NCBI GenBank assembly: GCA_016792685.1
Contig: JAEULQ010000134.1
Location: 11,240 to 75,239, forward strand
Length of the DNA: 64,000 bases
Source of the DNA: Tabrizicola sp.
GTDB taxonomy: Bacteria; Pseudomonadota; Alphaproteobacteria; Rhodobacterales; Rhodobacteraceae
Reading direction: 5' to 3'
In this document: in pieces, positions 31,055 through 41,163 of the stretch
Layout of the letters: every line of letters starts with the position of its first letter
Numbering within the stretch: the first letter of the stretch is position 1
Made by a program: the position numbers and the translations under genes
The notes under the pieces: generated by a model
What the model saw: the letters and a program-made list of their open reading frames with translations, nothing else
Databases searched by the model: none
What the model was told of the DNA's origin: nothing

Positions 31055-31527
31055 CCCTGGAACTCGACCCCGAACTTGATCTTGTCCTCAGCCGCGAGGT
31101 CAACGCCCCGCGCGAGATCCTCTATATGTGCTGGACCACGCCCGAGCACCTCGTCCACTGGTTCGTGCCCAAGCCGCACAAGGTCACGGCTTGTGAGCTG
31201 GACGTTCGTCCCGGTGGTGCCTGCAACACGACCTTCGATGTCGATGGCAATGAAATGCAGAATAACGGGGTCTACCTTGAGGTGATTCCGAACGAAAGAC
31301 TTGTGTTCACAGACGCTTACACCGCGGGGTGGAAGCCCGCTCCCGAACCCTTCATGACCGCGATCCTGACGTTCGAGGACATCGGCAACGGCCGCACCAA
31401 GTACACCGCCATCGCCCGGCACCGCAACGCGGACACCGCCAAGGCGCACAAGGACATGGGCTTTTACGACGGCTGGGGCACGGTGGTGACGCAGCTTGAA
31501 GAATACGCCCAGGGCCTGATGAAATGA
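31051..31527 (+). CDS. SRPBCC (AHSA1-like) protein
   Basis: LVLSREVNAPRE, WTTPEHLVHWF, GVYLEVIPNERLVFTD and GWG. ATGA overlap. Confidence 0.88.
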   Translation: MTLELDPELDLVLSREVNAPREILYMCWTTPEHLVHWFVPKPHKVTACELDVRPGGACNTTFDVDGNEMQNNGVYLEVIPNERLVFTDAYTAGWKPAPEPFMTAILTFEDIGNGRTKYTAIARHRNADTAKAHKDMGFYDGWGTVVTQLEEYAQGLMK

Positions 31528-32414
31528 GTCTCGACCTGGCGGCAGACCGGTTCGCAACCCTGACCTTCGAGCGCAAAGTCGCCGCCCCGTGCGCCACGCT
31601 TTTTGCGGCCTGGACGGCGCCAGCGGCGCGTGCGGTCTGGGCACCCCCGGCCCCGGGCGTCACGGTCGAATTTCTTGAGGCCGACAGCCGGGTCGGTGGG
31701 CGCGAGGTCTCGCTCTGCAAGGTCGCGGGCGAACCCGATATCCGGGTCGAGGCGGGCTGGCTTGAGATACAGCCGAACCAGGTCAGCGTGAACTATGAGG
31801 TCGTCTCGCGCGAGGCGGTGGTCCAGTCGGCGGCCCTGGTGACGGCTGGTTTCGTGGCGGAGGGAGAGGAGAGCCGGATCTCGGTCACTGTCCAGCTGTC
31901 TTCGCTCGCCGCAGACATGGAGCAGGGCTATCGCCAGGGCTTCGACGCCGGTGTGACGAACCTTGCGGGGGTGGCCGAGCGGACGATGGTGCTGGAACGG
32001 GTGATCAGGGCGCCGGTCGCCACGGTCTGGGGCGCCTGGATGAATGCCGAGAGCCTTCCGAAATGGTGGGGGCCGGACGGGTTTTCCTGCCGCACCAGTC
32101 GGATCGACCTGCGCGAGGGCGGCGAGTGGGTCTTCGACATGATCGGGCCGGATGGCACTGTCTTCCCGAACCACCATCGCTATGGCCGGGTGATCCCCGA
32201 AGCGCGGATCGAATATGCACTTCTCTGGGGCGAGAACGGGCCGAAACATGCCGATGCCTGGGCCGCATTCGACGACCTCGGCGGGGCAACGAAAGTGACG
32301 CTGGGCATGGTCATGTCCACGCGTGAGGAATGGCAGAACGCCAAGGGCTTCGGCGCCGAGAAGTTGGGGCTGCAGACGTTGGGCAAGCTCGCCCGGATCA
32401 TCGGCGCCGAGTGA
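31524..32414 (+). CDS. Tandem-domain SRPBCC protein
   Basis: Two AHSA1-like halves (LTFERKVAAP..AW and MVLERVIRAP..AW..WWGPDGF). ATGA overlap. Confidence 0.85.
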   Translation: MSLDLAADRFATLTFERKVAAPCATLFAAWTAPAARAVWAPPAPGVTVEFLEADSRVGGREVSLCKVAGEPDIRVEAGWLEIQPNQVSVNYEVVSREAVVQSAALVTAGFVAEGEESRISVTVQLSSLAADMEQGYRQGFDAGVTNLAGVAERTMVLERVIRAPVATVWGAWMNAESLPKWWGPDGFSCRTSRIDLREGGEWVFDMIGPDGTVFPNHHRYGRVIPEARIEYALLWGENGPKHADAWAAFDDLGGATKVTLGMVMSTREEWQNAKGFGAEKLGLQTLGKLARIIGAE

Positions 32415-32440
32415 CCCGACACGGAGATGGGAGAACGGAA

Positions 32441-33100
32441 ATGCGAAAGATACTAGGGGGCGTTTTCCTGTCGCTGGACGGTGTCATGCAGGCACCGGGA
32501 GGTCCATCCGAAGACCCGACCGGCGGGTTTGCTCTGGGGGGCTGGGCAGGAACCCAGTGGGACGACACGATGGGCGCGGCGATGGGTGGCATATTCAGCG
32601 CGCCATTTGACCTGCTGCTCGGCCGCAAGACCTATGAGATCTTTGCCGCGCATTGGCCCTATGTTCCTGCGGATGATCCCATCGGGCCCGTGTTCACCAA
32701 GGCCGCCAAATACGTGCTCAGTCGCGGAAATGACGTCTGGGACTGGAACAACACGCATCGTCTTGGCGGAATCGATAGTGTGAAGGAGCTCAAGGCAAGT
32801 CACGGCCCGGACCTTCTCATCCAGGGCAGTTCCACGCTTTACCCGCAGCTTCTGGCGGCAGGTCTGATCGACCGCCTTATGATCATGACCTTTCCGGTCA
32901 TTCTGGGCACCGGCAAGCGGCTTTTCGGACCGGGTACGCCTGCCGCCGGGATGAGCCTTGTCGGGACCGAAGTGTCGTCGACGGGTGTCATCATCGCGAC
33001 TTACGAGCCCGCAGGGCCAGTGCCGCTGGGAAGTTTCGAACTGCCAAATCCGAGCACCGCAGAACTGAAACGCCGTGACCGGATGGCGCGGGAGGGCTAG
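32441..33100 (+). CDS. Dihydrofolate reductase/RibD C-terminal family protein
   Basis: FLSLDGVMQAPGG, LLLGRKTYE, GSSTL and PVILGTGKRLF. Confidence 0.88.
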   Translation: MRKILGGVFLSLDGVMQAPGGPSEDPTGGFALGGWAGTQWDDTMGAAMGGIFSAPFDLLLGRKTYEIFAAHWPYVPADDPIGPVFTKAAKYVLSRGNDVWDWNNTHRLGGIDSVKELKASHGPDLLIQGSSTLYPQLLAAGLIDRLMIMTFPVILGTGKRLFGPGTPAAGMSLVGTEVSSTGVIIATYEPAGPVPLGSFELPNPSTAELKRRDRMAREG

Positions 33101-33135
33101 GCCCTGGCCAGGGGCGGCTTCCCTGTCCTCTCGCG

Positions 33136-34446
33136 TCACAGGTCAAGGCACAGCTGGGCCAGGGGTGTCGGGCTGCGCGCTGGAGTCTGGACGTGGGACG
33201 GTGCTGGCGGGCTTGTCACCGCGACAACTGGTTCTGGATAGCGCTTGCCGAGGATTGTCCGCGCTTCGGGCCATTTCCAGGGGGTCTGCAGAAAGGCGTC
33301 GGGCAGGAAAGCCAGTTCGGGCAGCCAGCGCCGGGTGAAGGCACCGGTCGGGTCAAGACGCAGGGCGGCCCGGATCGGGTTCGGGCGGGAATGGGCAGGG
33401 GGCTGTGCGCCCCTCTGCAGCGCCTCGATCTCGTGCCAATGGACCTTTGGATCGTAGTCGGTGAAAAGCCGCGCCAGTGCGACCCCGGCACGCTGCGTGT
33501 CAAGCCCAAGTAAATGGCAGGCGGAGACTGCGACTGTCGCCCGCATTGGATAGGGCAACCAACCCCCGGCCCGCAGATAACGCATGCACGCATCAAGGAA
33601 GGGCAGGCCGGTCTCACCCTTGGCCCAGACCTCGACAAGCCCAGGGTCGTCCATGGCCGGTTGGGCCGATGTGACGCCAGGCTCCCAGGACTGTTCCCGC
33701 CGGGCAAGCTGCAACTGAAACCGGTCAAGCGACCGCGTCCATTGCCCACCTGGCCGCTCTGCCTGTCGAGCCCGGGTGGCCAGAGCCACCTCACCTTCGG
33801 AGAGCGTGCCCCAAGCCAGATGGGGCGATAGGCGCGACGAGGCACGCTCGGCGGCAAGCGGCGTTGAGGCGACGAAGCGATGATAGGCTTCGCCTCGCCG
33901 GGCAAGAAAGCTTTCCATTAGCTCCAGCCCCCGGGTCCGCCCGCCAAGCTGACGGTGCGGGCAGGGATCGGGCGCAAGTTTAAGTGCGCGGGACGTCGGG
34001 ATCAGACCGGGTTCGACACCGGCAATCGCGTTGAAGGCCGGAAGCTCGGTCACAGTCGGTCCCGGCTCGGCAACCCGGGTCCATCCAATCCCTTGCGCCT
34101 CTGCCCAGGCCGCGACCCGCAGGTCCCGACCCTGCACCGAACGAGAATTGGCGCCAGTTTGATTGACGATCCGGCTGATCCTGTACTGGCGGCAAAGTCG
34201 GGCCAGAACCTCGACCGCCTCGCCTGTCCGCACGACAAGGGGCAGGCCAAGACTGGCCATGGCCTCGCGCAGATCGGCCAGACTGTCGGCCACAAACTCC
34301 CACTGCCGCGCGGACATGTCGGGCTCGGCCCAGACCTCGGGCTCGACGATAAAGACCGGCAGAACCGGTCCCAGCCCGGCAGCGAAGACAAGCGCCGGAT
34401 TGTCGTGGATGCGCAGGTCGCGCTGCAGCCAGACGAGAACATTCAT
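33136..34446 (-). CDS. Photolyase/cryptochrome family protein, apparently degenerate
   Basis: VWLQRDLRIHDNPAL, SRLSPHLAWG, GETGLPFLDACMR, TDYD and DPTGAFTRRWLPEL are present. Several FAD-domain motifs look eroded. Confidence 0.8.
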   Translation of the reverse strand: MNVLVWLQRDLRIHDNPALVFAAGLGPVLPVFIVEPEVWAEPDMSARQWEFVADSLADLREAMASLGLPLVVRTGEAVEVLARLCRQYRISRIVNQTGANSRSVQGRDLRVAAWAEAQGIGWTRVAEPGPTVTELPAFNAIAGVEPGLIPTSRALKLAPDPCPHRQLGGRTRGLELMESFLARRGEAYHRFVASTPLAAERASSRLSPHLAWGTLSEGEVALATRARQAERPGGQWTRSLDRFQLQLARREQSWEPGVTSAQPAMDDPGLVEVWAKGETGLPFLDACMRYLRAGGWLPYPMRATVAVSACHLLGLDTQRAGVALARLFTDYDPKVHWHEIEALQRGAQPPAHSRPNPIRAALRLDPTGAFTRRWLPELAFLPDAFLQTPWKWPEARTILGKRYPEPVVAVTSPPAPSHVQTPARSPTPLAQLCLDL

Positions 34447-34557
34447 GGAACATAGATGCCGTCGGCCGGCAGATTCGTAAAGCCGCAAAAGACTGTTGCC
34501 GGGCAAACCCTTGCACCTGCGGCTCAGCACCGTAGCTTCAGCGGAAAGGAGCCCTGC

Positions 34558-37122
34558 ATGTCCGACCCGCAAAAGACCGTCCATCTTGCCGACTATCTGC
34601 CGTTCACGCACCGGATCGAGGCTGTGGACCTGCTGTTCCGACTAGGCCCGTCGGACACCCGCGTCCTTGCCCGCCTGAACGTGCGGCCGAACCCGGATCG
34701 TCCCGGACGGCACGACCTGCGGCTGGATGGCGAAGGGCTCAGGCTTCTATCCTGCCGCCTTGATGGCCGGACGCTTGAACTGGTGCCGGATCCCCAGGGT
34801 TTGACCATTGCGGCCGGTGACCTTCCGGACGGGCCCTTCCTGCTGGAAACCGAAGTGGCCATTTCCCCCGATTCCAACACGGCCCTTGAGGGGCTTTACA
34901 TGTCAAAGGGCATGTATTGCACCCAATGCGAGGCCGAGGGCTTTCGCAAGATCACCTTCTACCCGGACCGGCCCGATGTCATGGCACCGTTCAAGGTGCG
35001 CGTCGAAGCCGATCTGCCGGTGCTGCTGTCGAACGGCAACCCGGTTGCAAGCGGGCCGGGATGGGCTGAATGGGATGACCCTTGGCCCAAGCCGGCCTAT
35101 CTCTTTGCCCTGGTCGCGGGTGACCTCCGGGCGCATTCGGACCGGTTCGTCACAGCCTCGGGCCGCAAGGTCGACCTTCACATCTGGGTCCGTCCGGGCG
35201 ATGAGAACCGCTGCGGTTATGCGATGGACAGTCTGATCCGTTCTATGAAATGGGACGAGGATGTCTACGGCCGGGAATACGACCTTGATGTCTTCAACAT
35301 CGTCGCGGTGGACGACTTCAACATGGGCGCGATGGAGAACAAGGGGCTGAACATCTTCAACTCGCGTTACGTCCTGGCCTCACCCGAAACCGCGACCGAT
35401 GACGATTTCGCCCGGATCGAATCGATCATCGCGCACGAGTATTTCCACAACTGGACCGGCAACCGCATCACTTGCCGCGACTGGTTTCAGCTTTGCCTGA
35501 AAGAGGGGCTGACCGTCTTCCGTGACCAGCAGTTCTCCTCGGACATGCGCTCGGCGGCGGTCGTGCGGATCGAGGATGTGATGGCCCTTCGCGCCCGGCA
35601 GTTCCGCGAGGATGCGGGGCCGCTTGCACATCCGGTTCGGCCGGAAAGCTTTGTGGAAATCAATAACTTCTACACTTCCACCGTCTACGAAAAGGGGGCA
35701 GAGGTCATCGGCATGCTGAAGTCGCTGGTCGGCGATCAGGGCTATGACCGGGCGCTGCAGCTCTACTTCGACCGTCATGACGGGGATGCCGCGACCATCG
35801 AAGACTGGCTCGCTGTCTTCTCGGATGCCACCGGCCGTGACCTGAGCCAGTTCAAGCTTTGGTATTCCGAGGCGGGCACCCCGCATCTGAAAGTCGAGGA
35901 AGCCTGGGAAGAGGGTGTCTACACCTTGACCTTCACTCAAAAGACCGCAGCCTCCCCGGGCCAGCCGAAAAAACAGCCAAGGGTGATCCCGATCAAGGTT
36001 GGACTGCTGAACCCGAACGGCGACGAGGTGGTGCCGACCATCATGCTGGAGATGACCCGGTCCCGGCAAAGCTTTCGTTTTGAAGGGCTGGCGTCGCGGC
36101 CCATCCCCTCGATCCTGCGCGGCTTTTCCGCGCCCGTCGTGCTGGACCGCAAGGTGGCCGCCGAAGAGCGCGCCTTCCTTCTGGCGCATGACACTGACCC
36201 CTTCAACAAATGGGAGGCGGGGCGGACCTTGGCAAAGGATGTCATGGCCGAAATGGCGCTGAAGGCGGCGCCGGTCAGCCCTGACTGGCTGGACGCAGTG
36301 GCTGCCGTGACCTTTGACGACAGTCTCGACCCGGCCTTCCGCGCACTTTGCCTGAAGCTTCCGGCCGAGGACGACCTGGCCCAGATGATCCATGCCATGG
36401 GGCGGGTGCCGGACCCTGCCAAGATCCACGCCGCCCGGCGTGAGATGCTGGGTGCGCTGGCGGTCCGGCTGGGTGAGGGGCTTGTGAAGCTTTACCGCAG
36501 TCTGGACGACGGGGCACCTTTCTCGCCCTCGGCAGCCGAGGCAGGGCGGCGGGCACTGAAGGTTGCCGCCTTGGGGCTTCTGACCCGGCGCGACAACGGC
36601 AAGCTGGCGGCCAGCGCCTTTGCCAGAGCACGCAGCATGACCGAAGAGATCGGTGCGCTTTCTGCCCTGCTTGACGTGCAGCAGGGCGCGCGAGAGCTTG
36701 AGGCCTTCGCCGCACGCTGGGGCCGCGACCCGAACATCATGGACAAGTGGTACGCGCTGCAGATCCTGCATGCCGAACCGGCCGAGGCTGCAGCAGTGAC
36801 CGACCGATTGACCTCAAGCCCCGGTTTCGAATGGAAAAACCCCAACCGTTTCCGAACGGTCATTGGCGCCTTCGCCTCGCATCACGCAGGCTTTCATCAC
36901 CGTTCGGGCGCGGGATACCGGCTGGTTGCCGACTGGCTGATCCGGCTTGATCCCCTGAATCCCCAGACCGCCGCGCGCGTGTCGACGGCCTTCGAGACCT
37001 GGCCACGCTATGATGCGGCGCGCCGCAAGCTCGCCCGGGCCGAACTGGAGCGCATCCGCGCCACTGCCGGGCTGAGTGCGGACCTGCGGGAAATGGTGGA
37101 ACGCATGCTCTCGGCGGGTTGA
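34558..37122 (+). CDS. pepN: Aminopeptidase N (M1)
   Basis: TQCEAEGFR, GAMEN, HEYFH..E zinc motif and NNFYTSTVYEKGAEV. AAGGAG RBS. Confidence 0.96.
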   Translation: MSDPQKTVHLADYLPFTHRIEAVDLLFRLGPSDTRVLARLNVRPNPDRPGRHDLRLDGEGLRLLSCRLDGRTLELVPDPQGLTIAAGDLPDGPFLLETEVAISPDSNTALEGLYMSKGMYCTQCEAEGFRKITFYPDRPDVMAPFKVRVEADLPVLLSNGNPVASGPGWAEWDDPWPKPAYLFALVAGDLRAHSDRFVTASGRKVDLHIWVRPGDENRCGYAMDSLIRSMKWDEDVYGREYDLDVFNIVAVDDFNMGAMENKGLNIFNSRYVLASPETATDDDFARIESIIAHEYFHNWTGNRITCRDWFQLCLKEGLTVFRDQQFSSDMRSAAVVRIEDVMALRARQFREDAGPLAHPVRPESFVEINNFYTSTVYEKGAEVIGMLKSLVGDQGYDRALQLYFDRHDGDAATIEDWLAVFSDATGRDLSQFKLWYSEAGTPHLKVEEAWEEGVYTLTFTQKTAASPGQPKKQPRVIPIKVGLLNPNGDEVVPTIMLEMTRSRQSFRFEGLASRPIPSILRGFSAPVVLDRKVAAEERAFLLAHDTDPFNKWEAGRTLAKDVMAEMALKAAPVSPDWLDAVAAVTFDDSLDPAFRALCLKLPAEDDLAQMIHAMGRVPDPAKIHAARREMLGALAVRLGEGLVKLYRSLDDGAPFSPSAAEAGRRALKVAALGLLTRRDNGKLAASAFARARSMTEEIGALSALLDVQQGARELEAFAARWGRDPNIMDKWYALQILHAEPAEAAAVTDRLTSSPGFEWKNPNRFRTVIGAFASHHAGFHHRSGAGYRLVADWLIRLDPLNPQTAARVSTAFETWPRYDAARRKLARAELERIRATAGLSADLREMVERMLSAG

Positions 37123-37128
37123 ACCGCC

Positions 37129-37722
37129 TTAGCCGGCCTTGCAATAGGGCTGCTGGCTGGTCCAGGACGCCATGGCCGAACGCTTCTCATTGCTGCGCAA
37201 CGGCGCCCAGTCGCGGCCGATGCCGCGGTTGCCGCCGCCGGCGACAAGGCCATCCTTGGCGACCTGGGTCGACATGATCTCGACGGCGCATTCCAGATTG
37301 GCCTCGCCGTCCTTCAACGCCACGACCGAGGTCGCCTCGCATCCGTAGTTGGCGGCCGAGCGGGGCGAAATCTGCATCAGCCCGATCCAGCGGCCACCCC
37401 CACCCGAGGCCTGGGGGTTCCAGGTGCTTTCGTACTTGGCAACAGCCGACAGGAGGCCCGCCCAGAAGGCCCGGCGCTCGTCGACCGAAGCGTCTGCATA
37501 GCCAGGACACCAGGTTTCGATATCGGCAGGTACCCGCTCGGACAGAAGCTGATCCTTGGTTGACAGCGCCACCAGAGTCGATTCGGTCCACTCCTCGCCC
37601 TCGGGATGATGGTCCCACTGCATCGGAGGCGCGACCAAAGACATTTGGTCTGCCGGCTGGGTATTCACGCAGGCAACCAGTGAAGAGGTTGCAAACACAC
37701 CCAAAATCACGCGCATCAGCAT
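37129..37722 (-). CDS. SLT-domain lytic transglycosylase-like lipoprotein
   Basis: Lipobox LVAC, catalytic ES(TWNP), GLMQI. Confidence 0.82.
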   Translation of the reverse strand: MLMRVILGVFATSSLVACVNTQPADQMSLVAPPMQWDHHPEGEEWTESTLVALSTKDQLLSERVPADIETWCPGYADASVDERRAFWAGLLSAVAKYESTWNPQASGGGGRWIGLMQISPRSAANYGCEATSVVALKDGEANLECAVEIMSTQVAKDGLVAGGGNRGIGRDWAPLRSNEKRSAMASWTSQQPYCKAG

Positions 37723-37842
37723 GGCGAAGTCACCCGAAGATCACCGCATTTCCCTTTTTTCGCCCTGATCCGGGATCATTTTCACACCCGGGCGGACGAA
37801 ACCTGCCCTGAGGGCGAGTCGATGCTAGTTACACCGTCACTG

Positions 37843-39030
37843 ATGCATGTGAAAACCCGGTCGGGCCGGGGTCAGCAAGAAGATGCCATTCGACTGCGCC
37901 CGGAGGCTGCGGTCAGTCCCGACCTGCTGGACGGTCTGAAAGCCGACCAGGTCCTCGCCCGGTTGGACGCCCCTGTACTTCGGGTCGGTCCCGAACGCAC
38001 CGAATGGCAGTGCGTCCGCGATGATCATGCCGCAATGGCGGCGGCTGGCGAATGGTCCGACCTTCTGGAAGCGCTGCGCTTCACCGATCAGGAACGGACC
38101 ATGGCGTCCGGCGGTCGGCGGGTTGCTCCTCTCATCAGCGACGGGATGCGCGCGGGCCTGGCCCATGCCATCGACCGGTCCGATTGGGATTTGGCGCGCC
38201 GTGAGCTTGCCGTACTGGAATCCGTCTACGACAAAAACCCCGAGGACTACTGTGCCGCCCAGACCCTGGCGCAGGCGCATGTCGACCTGGCGGTCGCCAA
38301 GCGTCAGCAGGGCGTGGGTGCCCCCCTTTCGCAGGACCTCTGGGCCGAAAGTGCTGCGCATTACGCGGCGGCCGAAGATCTCGTGACACTTTTCGACCCG
38401 ATCGAGGAGATGTCACCACTGCTCGCCGCGACGCGCTATGCGCTGGTGCGTGGGATCGAAGACGGTGGTGCAGTCTGCCGTGAGTGGTACGAAGACTGGT
38501 GCGACCTTGATCCCGAGGATGCGGCGGCGCACGCAGCCCATGCCGTGAACATGCTCCCGGCCTGGTTCGGTTCGCTCGCCGCGTTCGAGCGGGAAGCCCG
38601 CCGCGCGGTTCGCTTGACCAATGGTGTCACGGCCAAAGCCGCCTATGCGGTCTTTCACCTTGCTGCGGCCGAAACCCTGGGTGATCTGTTGCCGACGGTC
38701 GATTACGAGTACTTCTTCGAGGCACTCGGCGACTACCAGTCTGCTACCGGGTGCCAGTATCGCGCCAATCAGGCCGCAAGCCTGCTGGCAGGGCTCGCGA
38801 TGGACCTGCGCAAATCGGGGCCCGCTGCAGCCTACCAGTTGACCAAGACCCGGGCCGCTCTGTCGGACGTGCTGTGGAACCGGATGCGTGAAGTCCACCT
38901 TGATTGCTGGACCCGCGGCAACGACCGGCTGGCCTATGCCCTGGCCGAGGTCTTTGGTCCGGCCCTGAAGCGCGGCGCCCGCATTGTGCGCCGGGGCGAT
39001 GGACTCGGAACTCTGGTCCGGCGGACCTGA
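37843..39030 (+). CDS. Hypothetical all-helical protein
   Basis: About 395-aa ORF filling the gap before gatB, with normal composition. Start uncertain (37822/37843). Confidence 0.7.
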   Translation: MHVKTRSGRGQQEDAIRLRPEAAVSPDLLDGLKADQVLARLDAPVLRVGPERTEWQCVRDDHAAMAAAGEWSDLLEALRFTDQERTMASGGRRVAPLISDGMRAGLAHAIDRSDWDLARRELAVLESVYDKNPEDYCAAQTLAQAHVDLAVAKRQQGVGAPLSQDLWAESAAHYAAAEDLVTLFDPIEEMSPLLAATRYALVRGIEDGGAVCREWYEDWCDLDPEDAAAHAAHAVNMLPAWFGSLAAFEREARRAVRLTNGVTAKAAYAVFHLAAAETLGDLLPTVDYEYFFEALGDYQSATGCQYRANQAASLLAGLAMDLRKSGPAAAYQLTKTRAALSDVLWNRMREVHLDCWTRGNDRLAYALAEVFGPALKRGARIVRRGDGLGTLVRRT

Positions 39031-39096
39031 TAGACACTTGCCCGCAAGCCTTGCCCGGCCTAAACCGACGCGCGACGACTGTGCTTCGGAGGCATC

Positions 39097-40608
39097 ATGC
39101 TTGACCTGACCTATACCGCGCCCACGCCCAAGGTGATTGCCGGGGCCAAGGCGGATTGGGAGCTTGTCATCGGCATGGAAATCCACGCCCAGGTGTCCTC
39201 GAACGCCAAGCTCTTCTCTGGCGCATCGACCGCATTCGGGTCGGAGCCGAATTCCAACGTCGCCTTCGTCGATGCCGCAATGCCGGGGATGCTGCCGGTG
39301 ATCAACGAATTCTGCGTCGAACAGGCCGTTCGCACCGGGCTGGGACTGAAGGCGCAGATCAACCTGGTCTCGGCTTTCGACCGCAAGAACTATTTCTACC
39401 CCGATCTGCCGCAGGGCTACCAGATTTCTCAGCTTTATCATCCGATTGTGGGTGAGGGCGAGGTCATCGTCGAGATGTCCCCCGGCGTCGCCCGCCGGGT
39501 GCGGATCGAGCGCATCCACCTGGAACAGGATGCCGGCAAGTCGATCCATGACATGGACCCGAACCTTTCGTTCGTCGACTTCAACCGCACGGGTGTGGCC
39601 CTGATGGAGATCGTCTCCCGCCCCGATATCCGGGGGCCGGAGGAGGCTGCGGCCTATGTGACGAAGCTTCGCCAGATCCTGCGCTATCTGGGCACCTGCG
39701 ACGGGAATATGCAGAACGGGAACCTTCGGGCCGACGTGAACGTCTCGGTCTGTCGTCCGGGCCAGTACGAGAAATACCAGGCCACGCAGGACTTCAGCCA
39801 TCTCGGCACCCGCTGCGAAATCAAGAACATGAACTCGATGCGGTTCATCCAGCAGGCGATCGAATATGAGGCCCGCCGCCAGATTGCGATCCTGGAGGAT
39901 GGCGGTTCCATCGTGCAGGAGACCCGGCTTTACGACCCCGACAAGGGCGAAACCCGCTCGATGCGCTCGAAGGAAGAGGCGCATGACTACCGCTATTTCC
40001 CCGATCCCGACCTTTTGCCCCTGGAGATCGAGCAGGCATGGGTCGACGATATCGCCGCCCGGATGCCGGAACTGCCCGATGCCAAGAAGGCCCGTTTCAT
40101 GGCCGATTTCGGCCTGACCGATTACGATGCGAACGTGCTGACGGCCGAGCTGGATTCGGCCCGCTACTTCGATGAGGTGGCCCGTGGCCGCGACGGCAAG
40201 ACCGCCGCGAACTGGGTCATCAACGAGCTCTTCGGCCGGCTGAAGAAGGAAGGTCATGACATCACTGAAAGCCCGGTCTCGGCCACGCAACTTGGCGGAA
40301 TCATTGACCTAATCGCTGCGGGCACGATCAGCGGCAAAATCGCCAAGGATCTCTTCGAGATCGTCTATACCGAGGGCGGCGATCCGGCCCAGATCGTCGA
40401 GGCGCGGGGGATGAAGCAGGTCACCGACACCGGCGCGATCGAGAAGGCGGTGGACGAGATCATCGCCGCGAACCCCGAGCAGGTGGAGAAGGCCAAGGCC
40501 AATCCGAAGCTTGCAGGCTGGTTCGTGGGCCAGGTGATCAAGGCCACTGGCGGCAAGGCGAACCCTGCAGCAGTGAACGCCTTGGTGGCGGCGAAGCTCG
40601 GGCTCTGA
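39097..40608 (+). CDS. gatB: Asp/Glu-tRNA amidotransferase subunit B
   Basis: [36 protein letters not shown] and [18 protein letters not shown]. Confidence 0.97.
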   Translation: MLDLTYTAPTPKVIAGAKADWELVIGMEIHAQVSSNAKLFSGASTAFGSEPNSNVAFVDAAMPGMLPVINEFCVEQAVRTGLGLKAQINLVSAFDRKNYFYPDLPQGYQISQLYHPIVGEGEVIVEMSPGVARRVRIERIHLEQDAGKSIHDMDPNLSFVDFNRTGVALMEIVSRPDIRGPEEAAAYVTKLRQILRYLGTCDGNMQNGNLRADVNVSVCRPGQYEKYQATQDFSHLGTRCEIKNMNSMRFIQQAIEYEARRQIAILEDGGSIVQETRLYDPDKGETRSMRSKEEAHDYRYFPDPDLLPLEIEQAWVDDIAARMPELPDAKKARFMADFGLTDYDANVLTAELDSARYFDEVARGRDGKTAANWVINELFGRLKKEGHDITESPVSATQLGGIIDLIAAGTISGKIAKDLFEIVYTEGGDPAQIVEARGMKQVTDTGAIEKAVDEIIAANPEQVEKAKANPKLAGWFVGQVIKATGGKANPAAVNALVAAKLGL

Positions 40609-40619
40609 GGGTCGGGCGC

Positions 40620-40663
40620 CAAATCTTTTCGAAAAGATTTGCAAAATCCTTCGAAGGATTTTG
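40620..40663. repeat. Tandem double palindrome, copy 2
   Basis: CAAATCTTTTCGAAAAGATTTG + CAAAATCCTTCGAAGGATTTTG, 11 nt after the gatB stop. Confidence 0.92.
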
Positions 40664-40782
40664 GCCTGCCCTTGCCGAAGGATGTTGCGCGACAAGCGCG
40701 GTCCTGCCGAAAAACCCTTGCGTGATTTGCGGTTGCGGCCGGAATCTCTTATGAGTTTCGCGAACAGTGCGGGAGAAACCCG

Positions 40783-41163
40783 ATGCAGCGTTTTGAGTTC
40801 AAGGTCATTCCGGCCCCCAAACGGGGCGAAAAAGCGCGGGGGGTGAAAACCACCGAAGATCGCTTCGCCTTCGCCCTGACAAAACTGATGAATGAACTTG
40901 GGGCAGAAGGGTGGGACTATGTCCGCGCCGATGCGCTGCCTTGTGAAGAGCGGGTGGGATTCACCGGGACAAAGACCACCTTCCAGAACGTGTTGGTGTT
41001 CCGCCGCGTGATTGCCGCGGAACCTGAGGCTGAACGGCCTGCGGCGCGGCTGATCCTGCAGGAGCCTGTCGCCGTGGCTCCGCGCCTTGGACCCGCCGAG
41101 GCACCGATGCCCGCAAGCGCGCCCGCGGTTGGGCCGGCAAAACCCGAGCTTGCGGCGGAGTGA
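40783..41163 (+). CDS. DUF4177-like protein
   Basis: FEFKVIP...MNELGAEGWDYVR and a Pro/Ala-rich tail. GGGAGA RBS. Confidence 0.78.
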   Translation: MQRFEFKVIPAPKRGEKARGVKTTEDRFAFALTKLMNELGAEGWDYVRADALPCEERVGFTGTKTTFQNVLVFRRVIAAEPEAERPAARLILQEPVAVAPRLGPAEAPMPASAPAVGPAKPELAAE

